DNA from: Mizuhopecten yessoensis
Taxonomy: Eukaryota
Direction of reading: 5' to 3'
Assembly: GCF_002113885.1 (NCBI RefSeq)
Contig: NW_018405252.1
Span: forward strand, 302,001-366,000
Length of the DNA: 64,000 nucleotides
Positions 1 to 13,250 of the stretch are shown here, in pieces (within the stretch, counting starts at the first letter, position 1; each line of letters opens with the position of its first letter). The translations under genes and the position numbers were made by a program. The notes under the pieces were generated by a model that was given only the letters and a program-made list of their open reading frames with translations, was not told where the DNA came from and made no database searches.

Positions 1-92
1 AGACTGATCATTATACCGTCAACTGGTCATGGTTGATATAGTAGACTGATCATTATACCGTCAAGTGGTCATGGCTGATTAGTTACAGCTGA

Positions 93-445
93 TACAGTTG
101 ACTGATCACAGTTCATAAAGTTAACTGGTCATGGCCGACTGGTCAGGATAAACACAGTTGACTTGTCACGGTCTTGTTCATACAGTTGACTGATCACAGT
201 TTATAAAGTTAACTGGTCATGGCCGACTGGTCAGGATAGACACAGTTGACTTGTCACGGTCTTGTTCATACAGTTGACTGATCACAGTTTATAAAGTTAA
301 CTGGTCATGGCCGACTGGCCAGGATAGACACAGTTGACTTGTCATGGTCTTGTTCATACAGTTGACTGATCACAGTTTATAAAGTTAACTGGTCACGGTC
401 AACTGGTCAGGATCGAAACAGTTGACTCATCACAGTTTATACAGT
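93..445. repeat. 88-bp tandem repeat, ~4 copies, built from short gttgact..tca sub-units
   Basis: Units start at 93, 181, 269, 357. Confidence 0.9.
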
Positions 446-1074
446 CGAAAATTTATCTTAACTCGCCCCTAAACTAAACCTCATGAAAACATAGAATGTA
501 TGGGTTACTAAATGTCAGCAGTGTTTATACCACTGTCCAAAATAAGGTATTAGTAAGTATAGTATCAGTGTCAGATTTCTGGTCATTTCATTGTCAGATT
601 TAGATATCTGTGTCAGAAGGTATGTTTCAGGTAGTGTATTGCTCATTTCACTGGCATTGTGATGAATGCTCATCATTTTTTATTCCATTGTTCCATCCCC
701 ACTCTAAGGTGCATGTAGAAAAACAAAATCATTTTTCATTTATTTACAAAATTCTTCTGGTGCAATTATATTTTTTTTTCTATTTTTCTACCTTTTATAA
801 CCTAGCTTTATGTCAATAGCATTTTCAAAATAAGTCTTGGTGCATTTGTTCGGCAAATTGTAGACTTTCCAATACAAATACGTTAACAGAAAGGGTCCAC
901 CAACTGACTCTAGATAATTGAGGAGAAACATGGGATCTTACAATCAGTAGGTAATCATTAGTGATAGCTCCTAGTAACTGCACTATAAGTGTAGTCAATC
1001 AGGTAGACCACTACCTTCCACTTGAAACCCTACCATCTGTAGGTAAATAGAATTTCCTGTAATGTTAGTGCAAT

Positions 1075-1345
1075 CAGCAAAACACATGATTGGTCAATAC
1101 CTAACTTAACATCAGACATCCTAATAAAATGTATGATTGGTAACAGACATATAACAAAATACTATAACAAAGCATATGATTGGTCAATACCAGACAACTC
1201 ATAAACAGATTATAACAAGGCATATGATTGGTCAATACCAGAAAATTCATAAACAGATTATGACAAGGCAATAATGTGATAGGTCACTTCCAGAAAACTC
1301 CTAAAAATGTAAAGCAAAGCACTTGATTGGTGAGTAACTTACAAC
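1075..1345. repeat. Degenerate ~48-bp tandem repeat with TGATTGG core
   Basis: catatgattggtcaatacc at 1173 and 1221, diverged copies on either side. Confidence 0.7.
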
Positions 1346-1402
1346 TCATCAACAGGCTTATCTGAATATTCCGCTTTTGTAAAGCTTGAATTTTTCTATT
1401 CA

Positions 1403-1592
1403 TATTGCATGTGTGAATAGGGCACTCTTTTAAGGCTTCCTTCTCCTATTGCATGTGTGAATAGGGCACTCTTTTAAGGCTTCCTTCTCCTAATACATGT
1501 GTGAATAGGGCACTCTTTTAAGGCTTCCTTCTCCTAATACATGTGTGAATAGGGCACTCTTTTAAGGCTTCCTTCTCCTAATGCATTTGTGA
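1403..1592. repeat. 44-bp minisatellite, ~4 copies
   Basis: catgtgtgaatagggcactcttttaaggcttccttctcc. Confidence 0.92.
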
Positions 1593-2534
1593 AAACAACA
1601 CTGTGGTATCCATTCCATTAGCTGTCTGTTTGCAGGTTGTTACAATATTTTGATTAAGAAAATAAGGTAATGAAGTGGTTTTACATGAATACCGGTTATA
1701 GCATGTTAGAGTGATCATCTGATAATAAGCTGTGTTTATTCGTTTGGTCACCTAATAATCAGCTGTGTTTGTTGTGAATTCAAACATATTAAGGAGTATG
1801 CTACCTTACCAAAATAAATCTCCTTGTCAGAAAAGATGTTCATAACCTGGTCAATTATTATTTAATCGTATTTTACAGACTGGTATGCATCATTGATTGC
1901 ATTGGTTACACTTCTGAATTTTCAGATACAGTTAATGATAAGGGAGATAACTCTAACACAAAACGCAGGTAAAGTTTGTGAGGTAGCATATTTCCTTAGG
2001 TGTAATCGTACTAGTTGCATTAATTGTGTGGATGTGATTTTTATAGTTATACAGATATTCTTATCAGTAGTATCTATTGTTATTTTGTGCCGTATAATAT
2101 TAAGTTTGTAAGTTCTATTTAATTTCTGTAAATATGTACATATGTTGTATACTCTTGTGACTTTATATATAAATATATATATACACCGAGTCCTTTACCA
2201 ATCAGAAGCACATTGTAGTTTTAGTATCTATCTGTATATATTGGAGGTGTTTAACAAAATCCTTCTGATTGGAAATATGATTTAACTATTTCATGTTGGG
2301 CCTATTCCAGATAGAAATAAAGGAAAGGGACAGAGAGCCACATTTCGGTAACCCACCACCATGCACAGTAGTGTATTTCCTGGGGCTCACTAACAGTGAT
2401 ATTAGTGCCCCCCGTCCCACCCCAATCTTACCCCACCATTCAAATATTTATATCTGGATCAGCCTTTAGTGAATATCTTATGTGTGAGTCTGTGTTTATG
2501 CATAATTCGGTTTATGAAGTTAGTAAATTTCTGA

Positions 2535-3953
2535 TCTCTGTGGGAGAGTGTGATCAACGTGTCAGTATGGCTGTGAACCTGAGGAATGTTTGAGGTCGTT
2601 AAGTAAGACTTGTGATTCTCTTTTAACTGTTACAATCTGTGTGGGAGAGTGTGATTAACGTGTCAGTATGGCTGTGAACATGAGGAATTTTTGATGTCGT
2701 TCAGTAAGACTTGTGATTCTCTTATAACTATTACAATCTCTGTGGGAGAGTGTGATTAACGTGTCAGTATGGCTGTGAACATGAGGAATTTTTGATGTCG
2801 TTCAGTAAGACTTGTGATTATCTTATAACTGTTACAATCTCTGTGGGAGAGTGGGATCAACGTGTCAGTATGGCTGTGAACCTGAGGAATCTTTGATGTC
2901 GTTAAGTAAAACTTGTGATTCTCTTTTAACTGTTACCAACTCTGTGGGAGAGTGTGATCAACGTGTCAGTATAGCTGTGAACATGAGGAATGTTTGATGT
3001 CGTTAAGTAAGACTGGTGATTCTCTTTTAACTGTTACAATCTGTGTGGGAGAGTGTGATTAACGTGTCAGTATGGCTGTGAACATGAGGAATTTTTGATG
3101 TCGTTCAGTAAGACTTGTGATTCTCTTATAACTGTTACAATCTCTGTGGGAGAGTATGATCAACGTGTCAGTATGGCTGTGAAACTGAGGAATGTTTGAT
3201 GTCGTTAAGTAAGACTTGGGATTCTCTTTTAACTGTAACAATCTCTGTGGGAGAGGGTGATCAACGTGTCAGTATGGCTGTGAACCTGAGGAGTGTTTGA
3301 TGTCGTTCAGTAAGACTTGTGATTCTCTTATAACTATTACAATCTCTGTGGGAGAGTGTGATTAACGTGTCAGTATGGCTGTGAACATGAGGAATTTTTG
3401 ATGTCGTTCAGTAAGACTTGTGATTCACTTTTAACTGTTACAATCTCTGTGGGAGAGTGTCATCAACGTGTCAGTATGGCTGTGAAACTGAGGAATGTTT
3501 GATGTCGTTAAGTAAGACTTGTGATTCTCTGTTAACTGTTACAATCTCTGTGGGAGAGTGTGATTAACGTGTCAGTATGGCTGTGAACCTGAGGAGTGTT
3601 TGATGTCGTTCAGTAAGACTTGTGATTCACTTTTAACTGTTACAATCTCTGTGGGAGAGTGTGATTAACGTGTCAGTATGGCTGTGAACCTGAGGAATGT
3701 TTGATGTCGTTAAGTAAGACTGGTGATTCTCTTTTAACTGTTACAATCTGTGTGGGAGAGTGTGATTAACGTGTCAGTATGGCTGTGAACCTGAGGAATG
3801 TTTGATGTCGTTATGTAAGACTTGTGATTCTCTTTTAACTGTTACCAACTCTGTGGGAGAGTGTGATCAACGTGTCAGTATAGCTGTGAACATGAGGAAT
3901 GTTTGATGTTGTTAAGTAAGACTTGTGATTCTCTTTTAACTGTAACAATCTCT
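2535..3953. repeat. 101-bp tandem array, 14 copies
   Basis: tctctgtgggagagtgtgatcaacgtgtcagtatggctgtgaac... at 2535, 2636, 2737... Confidence 0.97.
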
Positions 3954-4894
3954 AGTATATCTGTGTTTTATTGTGCTACAGTTGTTTTCTATATAAACCG
4001 TACACATGACAGTCACCGTGGTTCGGTTCCCTTCATTTGTTTTATCGTTTGTTGAAGTCGAGCTGTGTAATATGTTAAGGGGAGTCTAAGTCACAAGGGG
4101 GGATTTTTATCTATGTATTAATTTGCCAAACAAAAGCTGAAATATCTTTAAAAAAGATTTGTTTCTGAACGTAATTGTATAATTGATTGTTCACTATAGA
4201 AGTCTAAAAATAACTTTTTAGAACTTGCATTATAGACGATGAACATGACCTGACCTTTTTATTCTTGTCTTTTTATTTTTCCAATCTTAAAAAAAAGTAC
4301 AGGAAAAAAGGTAACTACTTTCACCATCAAACAAATGCCTGCTTAGTTTCATTTGCAAAAAAAAAAAGTATGAAATAGATAACTGCTTTTCTGGGGTTCA
4401 TTTTTTTCACAGATAATACTTTTTAGCTGTGTAATTATTTTTTACATAACAATGATGTACTTTTTGTACCAATCTGTAGGTCTAATATTTTAAGAACTTC
4501 CTATATGACTGTACAGGTTAAACGTAAGGGGTTCTCTAATAGAGATGTGTTCAGCACCATTTCTATTTTTGTCCTATTTACAATAGGACAAAAACCATGA
4601 CCATGTACAAGAGGGGAAAAATTCAGCATGACTTAATTTATCATTTTAACATGCTTTTTACTTAGGAAAACGTAACGGTATATACAGAAGAGGACAGTTA
4701 TATTGTGAAAGAAATAAGGGAGAAAAGTTAGTATATAAAATGTGATATTTAACTTAAGACCACCTTTACAAATGAAATTATGAAATTAAAAAAAAAAAAA
4801 GGTTGTCCAGATAAATGATTTACGAACACAATTTCATACAAAACCATACATATGTGATCAATTTGTGATAAAATACTACCATGACAATTATTAC

Positions 4895-4977
4895 CTCATT
4901 CACCCCTGAAATTTCAAAATGAACTATTCCAACCTCTGAAATGGAAGAGTTCAATTGTGTCTTCAGTGGTGAATGAG
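4895..4977 (-). mobile_element. 83-bp TTAA-type (piggyBac-like) MITE, copy 1
   Basis: TIR ctcattcacc(c)ctg; reverse-orientation copy of 7856-7938 and 50540-50622. Confidence 0.75.
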
Positions 4978-5390
4978 TTAAAAAAAGTTTACTGATGCAG
5001 AATGTCAGAACGAAAAAGGGGAAAAATCTAGATACTGTACAATAATAAAACATATCACAGTGTGTTATTAACCACAAGTAAGACACGATTAAAGGTAACA
5101 AATAGTCATGTTTCCCTATTACAAGGACAAAATAGAACAATATTGGAATGGTAAAGAGCATCAGGGTGTTTTACCAAAAAGATATAAGAGAACTTGTTGG
5201 ATAAAATGCAAGATGCTCCAAGAAGGATATTGACCAGGGAAAATTAATCCGAGAGAATCATTGTTCATTTAAGTCTCCACATCATATTTAGTGAAAAAGA
5301 ACACTTTGATTTTAGATGAAGTCCCATCAAATATCAAGGTCATTATTACTAAACAATGATTTAACTAAACAAATAGTCTGTCTGGATGAT

Positions 5391-5651
5391 AACTTCAGGA
5401 TGAGTAATCGCACAAAGCTCTAATGTAGGATGTGGGTGCCCTAACTTCAGGATGAGTAATCGCACAAAGCTCTAATGTAGGATGTGGGTGCCCTAACTTC
5501 AGGATGAGTAATCGCACAAAGCTCTAATGTAGGATGTGGGTGCCCTAACTTCAGGATGAGTAATCGCACAAAGCTCTAATGTAGGATGTGGGTGCCCTAA
5601 CTTCAGGATGAGTAATCGCACAAAGCTCTAATGTAGGATGTGGGTGCCCTA
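5391..5651. repeat. 52-bp perfect minisatellite x5 inside a degraded ggtcaaggtcac-type element (~5.3-6.1 kb)
   Basis: aacttcaggatgagtaatcgcacaaagctctaatgtaggatgtgggtgccct. Confidence 0.92.
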
Positions 5652-6786
5652 AGACACAGGCAGAACCATATGTTGATGATGGGCATGATTTGTCAAAGGT
5701 CAAGGTCACTAACGAAAGTAGAATTTCACGTAAGTAATAACCTGTATGGATGATAATTTTAAAACAAATCAATACACAAAGCTCAGACTTGGTATGTGGA
5801 TCGTTGTAGGGAAGAGAAAGGACTCTGATTTAGGCGGGCTTCTCTAAAGGTCAAGGTCACATAGAATATGTTTGTCCAGATTCTACCTTCAAATCAAATG
5901 ATCATATGAAGCTCTGACTTGGTCCGTATGTTGATCACCAAGGGAAGAGAAAAAATCCATTGATTCTGGCCATCGGCAACCAAAGGTCAAGGTCACTTTA
6001 AAATAGAAATTGGCCTATCCTAACTTAAGAACAAATAACTTAAACCCACAGCTTCCTCCCTAATGAAAATCATTCATGTATCAATATCAAATATTGCTCA
6101 GAGTTATTTTAATTTTTCGGGGGGGGGGGGGGGGGGGGGGTCCTTCTGCCCTTGCAGCTATCATGTTAAATCTTAGGAACTAATTTAATTTCAAGCCAGT
6201 TCTAGTCATACAAATCTTAATTGACGTACTACAACCATGTAAGGCATGGTTTATTTCAAAATTTTGATATAATATGAAATCAAGGAAAAAGGCTATCAGT
6301 ATTTTTCAGCTCTTTGAATTTACTGTTGACTTATTTTTCTGTCTTTGGACAGATATTCTGAGGTAATTTATTTTGAATATGAATATCTAAGTGCAGAAAT
6401 GTAGTACACAGAAAAAAGCCTTTGTTATTTAACTTATATTTACATATTATTGATATTAAAATCTATTGTAATTCTATTATATACTGCTCTGTATCTCAGT
6501 TAAGAATTGGATGCATTTTGGGAATAAATCATGTTGTAAACAGAAAGGGAGACAACTCTAATACCCACCAAATATATGTTAGTATTATTTCTAGTATTAT
6601 TTCTGTGTTAAGATCACGTCTTGTATTTTGTACTAATTTTCAGCTGGTCTTTTCTTTTCTTCAACAGTCAAGTGATGATCTGAGCTCTTACAGAAAGGTT
6701 ATATGTTACAAACTTAAGGTACTAATCGTTATGATGCATTTTAGAAGGTTTTTATGAAGGATCAATTTCTTGAAATTGGTTGACAG

Positions 6787-6873
6787 CAATCTAATTACAA
6801 TCAAATCTCTCATTACACTACATTATAGAGTCCATAACGCAGTGTAATGAGAGATCTGATTGTAATTAGATTG
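6787..6873. mobile_element. 87-bp palindromic mini-MITE with 9-bp TSD
   Basis: caatctaattacaatc..gattgtaattagattg flanked by ggttgacag at 6778-86 and 6874-82. Confidence 0.85.
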
Positions 6874-6904
6874 GGTTGACAGAAGTCTATTTGTTAACAA
6901 GTAC

Positions 6905-7575
6905 TTGATTTACAGACTTGAACATGTGGGTATAAGACAGTTACCCCCCGGGGGTATAAGACAGTTCCCCCCGGTGGGTATAAGACAGTTCCCCCCGTTT
7001 GGTATAAGACAGTTACCCCCCGTTTGGTATAAGACAGTTACCCCCCGTTTGGTATAAGACAGTTACCCCCGGGGATACAGAGTTATGTTTTTGATTTACA
7101 GACTTGAACATGTGGGTATAAGACAGTTCCCCCCGGTGGGTATAAGACAGTTATCCCCCGTTGGGTATAAGACAGTTACCCCCCGTTTGGTATAAGACAG
7201 TTACCCCCCGTTTGGTATAAGACAGTTACCCCCGGGGGTACAGAGTTAAGTTTTTGATTTACAGACTTGAACATGTGGGTATAAGACAGTTACCCCCCGT
7301 TGGGTATAAGACAGTAACCCCCGGGGATACAGAGTTAAGTTTTTGATTTACAGACTTAAACATGTGGGTATAAGACAGTTACCCCCCGGTGGGTATAAGA
7401 CAGTTACCCCCTGTTTGGTATAAGACAGTTGACCCCCGGGGGTACAGAGTTATGTTTTTGATTTACAGACTTAAACATGTGGGTATAAGACAGTTACCCC
7501 CTGTTGGGTATAAGACAGTTACCCCACAGTGGGTATAAGACAGTTACCCCCCGGGGGTACAGAGTTATGTTTTTG
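6905..7575. repeat. Nested minisatellite: ~24-bp gggtataagacagttacccccc units within five larger units
   Basis: Variable numbers of short units separated by agagttatgtttttgatttacagacttgaacatgt. Confidence 0.9.
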
Positions 7576-7855
7576 TTTGTGTACTGTTTTAGATGTGCAC
7601 GTTATCTACCTCAGAGGTCCCAACTGTACAGTAGAACATCAGTGTATTACACCGTTTACATAGCGAGATTCCAACTTAATACCAAGATTGGGCAGGCCCA
7701 TCATATGTTCCCTCTCTTTGTGATGGAACATAGTTGGTGATCATTGTGATTTTAGGACAAACGATAGCCAGGTTTCTATGATAAGGGCATTGATAAGTTA
7801 ATGTCACAATAGGATGATCAGCTGTTAACAGATATTCACTATGGAACAAGTTTAA

Positions 7856-7938
7856 CTCATTCACCCCTGTAGACACATTTGAACTCCTCTAATTCAAAGG
7901 GTTGAATAGTTCATTATAAAATTTCAGGGGTCAATGAG
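7856..7938 (+). mobile_element. 83-bp TTAA-type MITE, copy 2
   Basis: TTAA flanks at 7852-55 and 7939-42, imperfect TIR. Confidence 0.8.
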
Positions 7939-8202
7939 TTAAATAATGAGACCAGAAATACGTCATATATATATATATATAAAATCTGAAGTGTGGAATC
8001 ATTTATTATGATGTCTTGTGATTTTAATTTTTGAGAATTTGTTTTTTTGCCTCAGTGTATAAAGTACTAGGTGATTTGGTGTACCAGGCGTAGACTAATG
8101 GTACCTAACTAGAGACTGTGATACGTGTGTTCCCTTATATATACCCACTCATGGCTATACCACCGTCTATAGTGCTGAACAGGCACCATTCCTATCTATG
8201 TG

Positions 8203-8208
8203 AATAAA
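8203..8208 (+). terminator. Candidate poly(A) signal of an upstream plus-strand gene (1-8.2 kb would be its long 3'UTR)
   Basis: AATAAA followed by U/GU-rich tgtcttctcttcttattgt; preceding 8 kb is T-rich with no convincing exon. Confidence 0.35.
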
Positions 8209-8329
8209 TTCTTATAACACTATCGCTCATGTCTTCTCTTCTTATTGTCTAGCGCTGCTAAACCTTGTGTTATACATGCATCAGTGAAGTTGTGCAGGTA
8301 ACATTTTGAATTGAAAATTACATAAATAT

Positions 8330-8745
8330 AGGATCTTACATGAGTTTCCATTTCATATGAAATTTATGAAACAAGTCTTAGAATTTTTCAATTTAGCAAG
8401 CCTCTGGTGAGCTAAAATGAAAAATTTGTGACAGGTTTCATAAATTTCATATGAAATGAAAATGAGTTTAAGATCTTTTTTATCACATAATCAAGACTTG
8501 TGGCATTTATTCGTGTAAAACGACAATTTTCATGCAACCTTGAAATGTAAAAAGCCGCCATTTAGACTCCAGTGCACAAGTCTGTGAAGTCATGTACTTG
8601 TCCTAGGCTTGACGTCACAATTGAAACATATGAAACTTACAACCAATCACAGGACTGATGGGTCATATTACATGGGTTAATACACAAAAAAATATGACAT
8701 GGGTATATTCACTGGATTATAACACAGTACATTATGTGATAAATA
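8330..8745. mobile_element. Non-autonomous element with two nested inverted repeats
   Basis: ttcatatgaaatttatgaaac / gtttcataaatttcatatgaa and tttatcacataa / ttatgtgataaa. Confidence 0.55.
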
Positions 8746-9463
8746 TGGTTCTAGTACTTTGGGTATTAATTTACATCATAATGGTAATGGTTTCTGAATT
8801 TGACCCAAGATGAAATGCAGACTAAAAATGTTCCTGTAATCCGTGCATGCCGATCAACATTGCCAGTAATGAATTTTTGAGAAAGATGGTGCAACGACAT
8901 TTGAACGCGAGAAGTGCATGTCGATATTAATAGATTACCAGGGTATACTAGCCTCATCTAACACATAAAGCAAGTGTATTAATGATCTGTCCATTCAGAG
9001 AAGACACTCTTCAGATAATAATTCTATATAATTTAGGAGATAACAATTTCTTAAGGTAACTTTCTTACAAATTGAGTTTATAAAGAACTGTTTCAGCCTC
9101 AAAATATTACATGGAAATTTGGTTAAAAAAAAATAATCATAACAGAACACTCTATATATTTGTTATGTTCAAGGGTTGATGAATGTTATTCATTACCCCA
9201 TGAACACAATGACACATTCAACTCATGATTTACATCTTTCAAAAGATCATAGAATATCTATTTGGTAATTTCATGGTATGAACTAATATTATGCCACGTA
9301 ATCACAACAAATACGACTTTCATGTCTTTCACAGAATTTTTTCTCCCCAATGGAGAATTCGAATTGTGCGTTTAGTTTAAAGAAAACCTAATTTTCTTCA
9401 ACATGTAATATGGATTATGGATATAAGCACATTTCTATCTCATGACAATTGTTAATGATTTCC

Positions 9464-10596
9464 TTGGTTTGGTTTGTTTGTGTTTCATGTCCTATTAACA
9501 GCTTTGGTCATTTAAGGATTTGGTAGTGAAGGAAAGCCGGAGTTCCCATAGAACGAGGCCCAATGGGCCCGCATCGCTCACCTGGTATTAATCTCACACT
9601 TGTAATCTTAAAAGTGGACTAAAATACAGCTACAGGCAAAATATCAGTGTTTCATTCATAAGAACCTATTTAAAGATTTAAATATATGACACCTGTGACC
9701 TTGAATGTCGAACAAGGACATTATAATATTAGGTTGAACAGAGTTGATAGTCTTCCAACCCAGCATGCTTCTGGAAAAATATCATTACCCTGGACCTTTT
9801 GGTTATACAAAACAAATCATTTAAAGATTTAAACATATATTGACCACTGTGACCTTGAATATGGGTGAAGGTCATTCACTTGGTAGTCCTTCATCCAAGC
9901 ATGTTCCTGGCATTATCCTAGGCCTCTTGGTTATTCAGAAGAAGTTGTTTAAAGGTTTAGAACATATTTGACCATGTGACCTTGAAAAAAGATGAAGGTC
10001 ATTCATTTAAACAAACTTTATAGCCCTTCATCCCAGCATGCTACTAGCCAAATATCATCACCCTAGGCCTATTCGTTATTTAGAAGAAGTTGTTTAAATG
10101 TTTAAAACATATTTGCCTTCTGTGACCTTGGATATAAGTCAAGTTCATTTCTTTGAACAAACTTGGTAGGCCCTTCATCCCAGCATGTTACTGGCCAAAT
10201 ATTATCACCCTAGGCCTCTTGGTTATTCAGAAGAAGTTGTTTAAAAGATTTTAACATATTTGACCCCTGTGACCTTGAAAATTGATGAAGGTCATTCATT
10301 TGAACAAACTTGGTAGCCCTTCATCCAAGCATGCTTCTAGCCAAATATCATCACCCTAGGCCTTTTGGTTACTGAGAAGAAGTTGTTTAAAGTAAAAAGT
10401 TGACGCCGGATGGATGCCGGCCGCCGCACCATGCCATTAGCTCACTTGGCCCTTCGGGCCAGGTGAGCTAAAAACCACCGACTTAGGGTCAGTACCTGGC
10501 GACTGCCCCATGTCGGTCTTGAACCAGCAACCCAGTGGTGGAGGGCCAGTGGTAGCAGAATGTCAGACGCCTTAACCACTTGGCCACCGGGGCCCT
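9464..10596 (-). mobile_element. tRNA-derived V-domain-type SINE interrupted by a HINE-like insertion
   Basis: Minus strand: box A TGGCCAAGTGG, box B GGTTCAAGAC, V-like ggtttt..actccggctttcct split at 9552/10472, (aaacc)n tail. Confidence 0.75.
9552..10472 (+). mobile_element. Pearl/HINE (Helentron-associated)-like element with ~5 core repeats of ~145 bp
   Basis: 5' hairpin ggcccaatgggcc, subterminal IR gctcacctgg/ccaggtgagc, 3' hairpin tagctcacttggcccttcgggccaggtgagcta, tgaccttga core repeats. Confidence 0.8.
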
Positions 10597-10968
10597 CTTA
10601 ATGATTTATATGCTATCTTAGAAATTTTCTTAGTTACAACATATTTTCTGATGCCTGTAAATTCTGTATCTGTATAATACTGGAAGAGAACTCGATATCA
10701 AGTATATTTCTCGGGCTGGAGGAGTGTACTTCGGATTTAATTTGTTGGCAGTAAAATTTTAAAAGTTCTTATGTCAGTTGTTTTGACCAGATCTTCTGGG
10801 AGGTTTGTTCCAGTCAGTGATTGTACATGTAAAGAATAAGATTATACTTCAAAATAAACTCACTCTATCGGATATCATTTATAAGATTGTCACTGGTTAG
10901 ATATCCTCTAAAAATGTTGATATAAATTTCAATGAAGATGGACATGGTAATACGGCATCTCACCATCA

Positions 10969-11950
10969 GTTTTCTGTTGTGAGGATGGAGATAACGAGCA
11001 CGACATGAGACCAGTCAGGGATTTGTTTTGTTTGTGATACCTTGTTCATTACAGGTTGTTTTCTGTTGTGAGGATGGAGATACTGAGCACGACATGAGAC
11101 CAGTCAGGGATTTGTTTTGTTTGTGATACCTTGTTCATTACAGGTTGTTTTCTGTTGTGAGGATGGAGATACTGAGCACGACATGAGACCAGTCAGGGAT
11201 TTGTTTTGTTTGTGATACCTTGTTCATTACAGGTTGTTTTCTGTTGTGAGGATGGAGATACTGAGCACGACATGAGACCAGTCAGGGATTTGTTTTGTTT
11301 GTGATACCTTGTTCATTACAGGTTGTTTTCTGTTGTGAGGATGGAGATACTGAGCACGACATGAGACCAGTCAGGGATTTGTTTTGTTTGTGATACCTTG
11401 TTCATTACAGGTTGTTTTCTGTTGTGAGGATGGAGATACTAGCACGACATGAGACCAGTCAGGGATTTGTTTTGTTTGTGATACCTTGTTCATTACAGGT
11501 TGTTTTCTGTTGTGAGGATGGAGATACTAGCACGACATGAGACCAGTCAGGGATTTGTTTTGTTTGTGATACCTTGTTCATTACAGGTTGTTTTCTGTTG
11601 TGAGGATGGAGATACTAGCACGACATGAGACCAGTCAGGGATTTGTTTTGTTTGTGATACCTTGTTCATTACAGGTTGTTTTCTGTTGTGAGGATGGAGA
11701 TACTAGCACGACATGAGACCAGTCAGGGATTTGTTTTGTTTGTGATACCTTGTTCATTACAGGTTGTTTTCTGTTGTGAGGATGGAGATACTAGCACGAC
11801 ATTAGACCAGTCAGGGATTTGTTTTGTTTGTGATACCTTGTTCATTACAGGTCGTTTTCTGTTGTGAGGATGGAGATACTGAGCACGACATGAGACCAGT
11901 CCGGGATTTGTTTTGTTTGTGATACCTTGTTCATTACAGGTCGTTTTCTT
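10969..11950. repeat. 88-89-bp tandem array, 11 copies
   Basis: gttttctgttgtgaggatggagatactgagcacgacatgagaccagtcaggg... Confidence 0.97.
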
Positions 11951-12188
11951 TTGGCTGCCTTAAATTTAACCCCTATTTTGCCCCGTATCGGCTTATGGAT
12001 CCATAAAGGCGTCCAGTCCCTTTATTCCATAGCAAATCCATATCGGTATCACCTAGGAATATTTCCTGCCACACTAAGATATAAATGACCTATTGCTTTT
12101 GGAAAAAAGGTCGTTGAAAAAAAGTTTACAGATGAATTGCAATTGATTGCAAAAGCTGTGTTTGGTCCAGGTCAGCAAGGTTTAGAAG

Positions 12189-12490
12189 AACAAGGCAGAG
12201 TATTGCAAGGCAATCCAGTCCCCCACCGGTAATGATTTCTATATCTAACAAACAGCACACCTATGTCAGGAAGCTTAGGTCACAGTGAGGATATAGTGAC
12301 CTACTTATTGCACTCCGTCATTCTATGATGTCCTTGTACACCTAATCTGGTTACTCCAGGTGAAATAGTACAGAAGATATGCCCCAGACAAACTTTTTCA
12401 AAACGTCGGACGGAATGACGGACGGACGGAGTGCAAACCTATAATCTCCCCCCCCCCCCCCCCCGGGTACAGTACAGGTAGGGGACTAAC
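12189..12490 (+). mobile_element. Short HINE-like element
   Basis: Subterminal IR agtcccccacc/ggtaggggact, (acgg)n microsatellite. Confidence 0.55.
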
Positions 12491-12589
12491 AAAGCAACAG
12501 AGTATGAAATATGAAATTGAACCAGAACAACAATACAGTATGGTATTAAAATGTACGAGAACAACAATGCAATATGGTATTAAAATGTA

Positions 12590-12595
12590 TTTATT
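12590..12595 (-). terminator. Candidate SETD1 polyadenylation signal (implies ~4 kb 3'UTR)
   Basis: AATAAA on minus followed by duplicated GU-rich ttgttgttct downstream elements; no evident coding exons between 12.6 and 16.6 kb. Confidence 0.45.
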
Positions 12596-12964
12596 TGGTA
12601 CTCACAGTAATCACTTTCACCTGGTACTTTACAAACAACTTTTCACATTTACTAATATATATATTATATACAAATGGATTTATCAAGTAACAATTTCTCT
12701 ATGTACATAGCACTATTAACATCTACCATGTACAAAGATCACTAGCTTGCCAATTGCACTTGACTATTTTGTTAAATAGAATGCATTCTAATAAATCATT
12801 CAATATTTACAAATAGATTAAATCAACACATACCAATAAAAATTCTGAACACATTCAGCAAATATAAAAAAGCGCTTAACATAAGTGAAAAACAGAGAAG
12901 CAATTGATTTTCTTTCACAAATAGGTGAGAACTTCTTTTTATTATACAAACCACAAAATCTGGC

Positions 12965-13250
12965 CTGTGTGAGTAGGGTCACTAGATAATGGGGGAAATC
13001 GAGGTGTAGAAGGTCATCACCGAGACCAGAGGTCACCAACCTGTGCGAGTAGGGTCACTAGATAATGGGGGAATCGAGGTGTAGAAGGTCATCACAGAGA
13101 CCAGAGGTCACTAGATAATGCGGGAATCGAGGTGTAGAAGGTCATCACCGAGACCAGAGGTCACCAACCTGTCTGAGTAAGGTCACTAGATAATGGGGGA
13201 ATCGAGGTGTAGAAGGTCATCGCCGAGACCAGAGGTCACCAACCTGTCTG
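12965..13250. repeat. ~55-78-bp repeat x4 in the putative SETD1 3'UTR
   Basis: ggtcactagataatgggggaatcgaggtgtagaaggtcatc. Confidence 0.85.

Noticed and set aside
2535-3953. Regular arrays resembling CRISPR (also 10969-11950 and 55731-58583)
   Set aside because: Head-to-tail units without unique spacers, no cas genes, eukaryotic intron-exon context.
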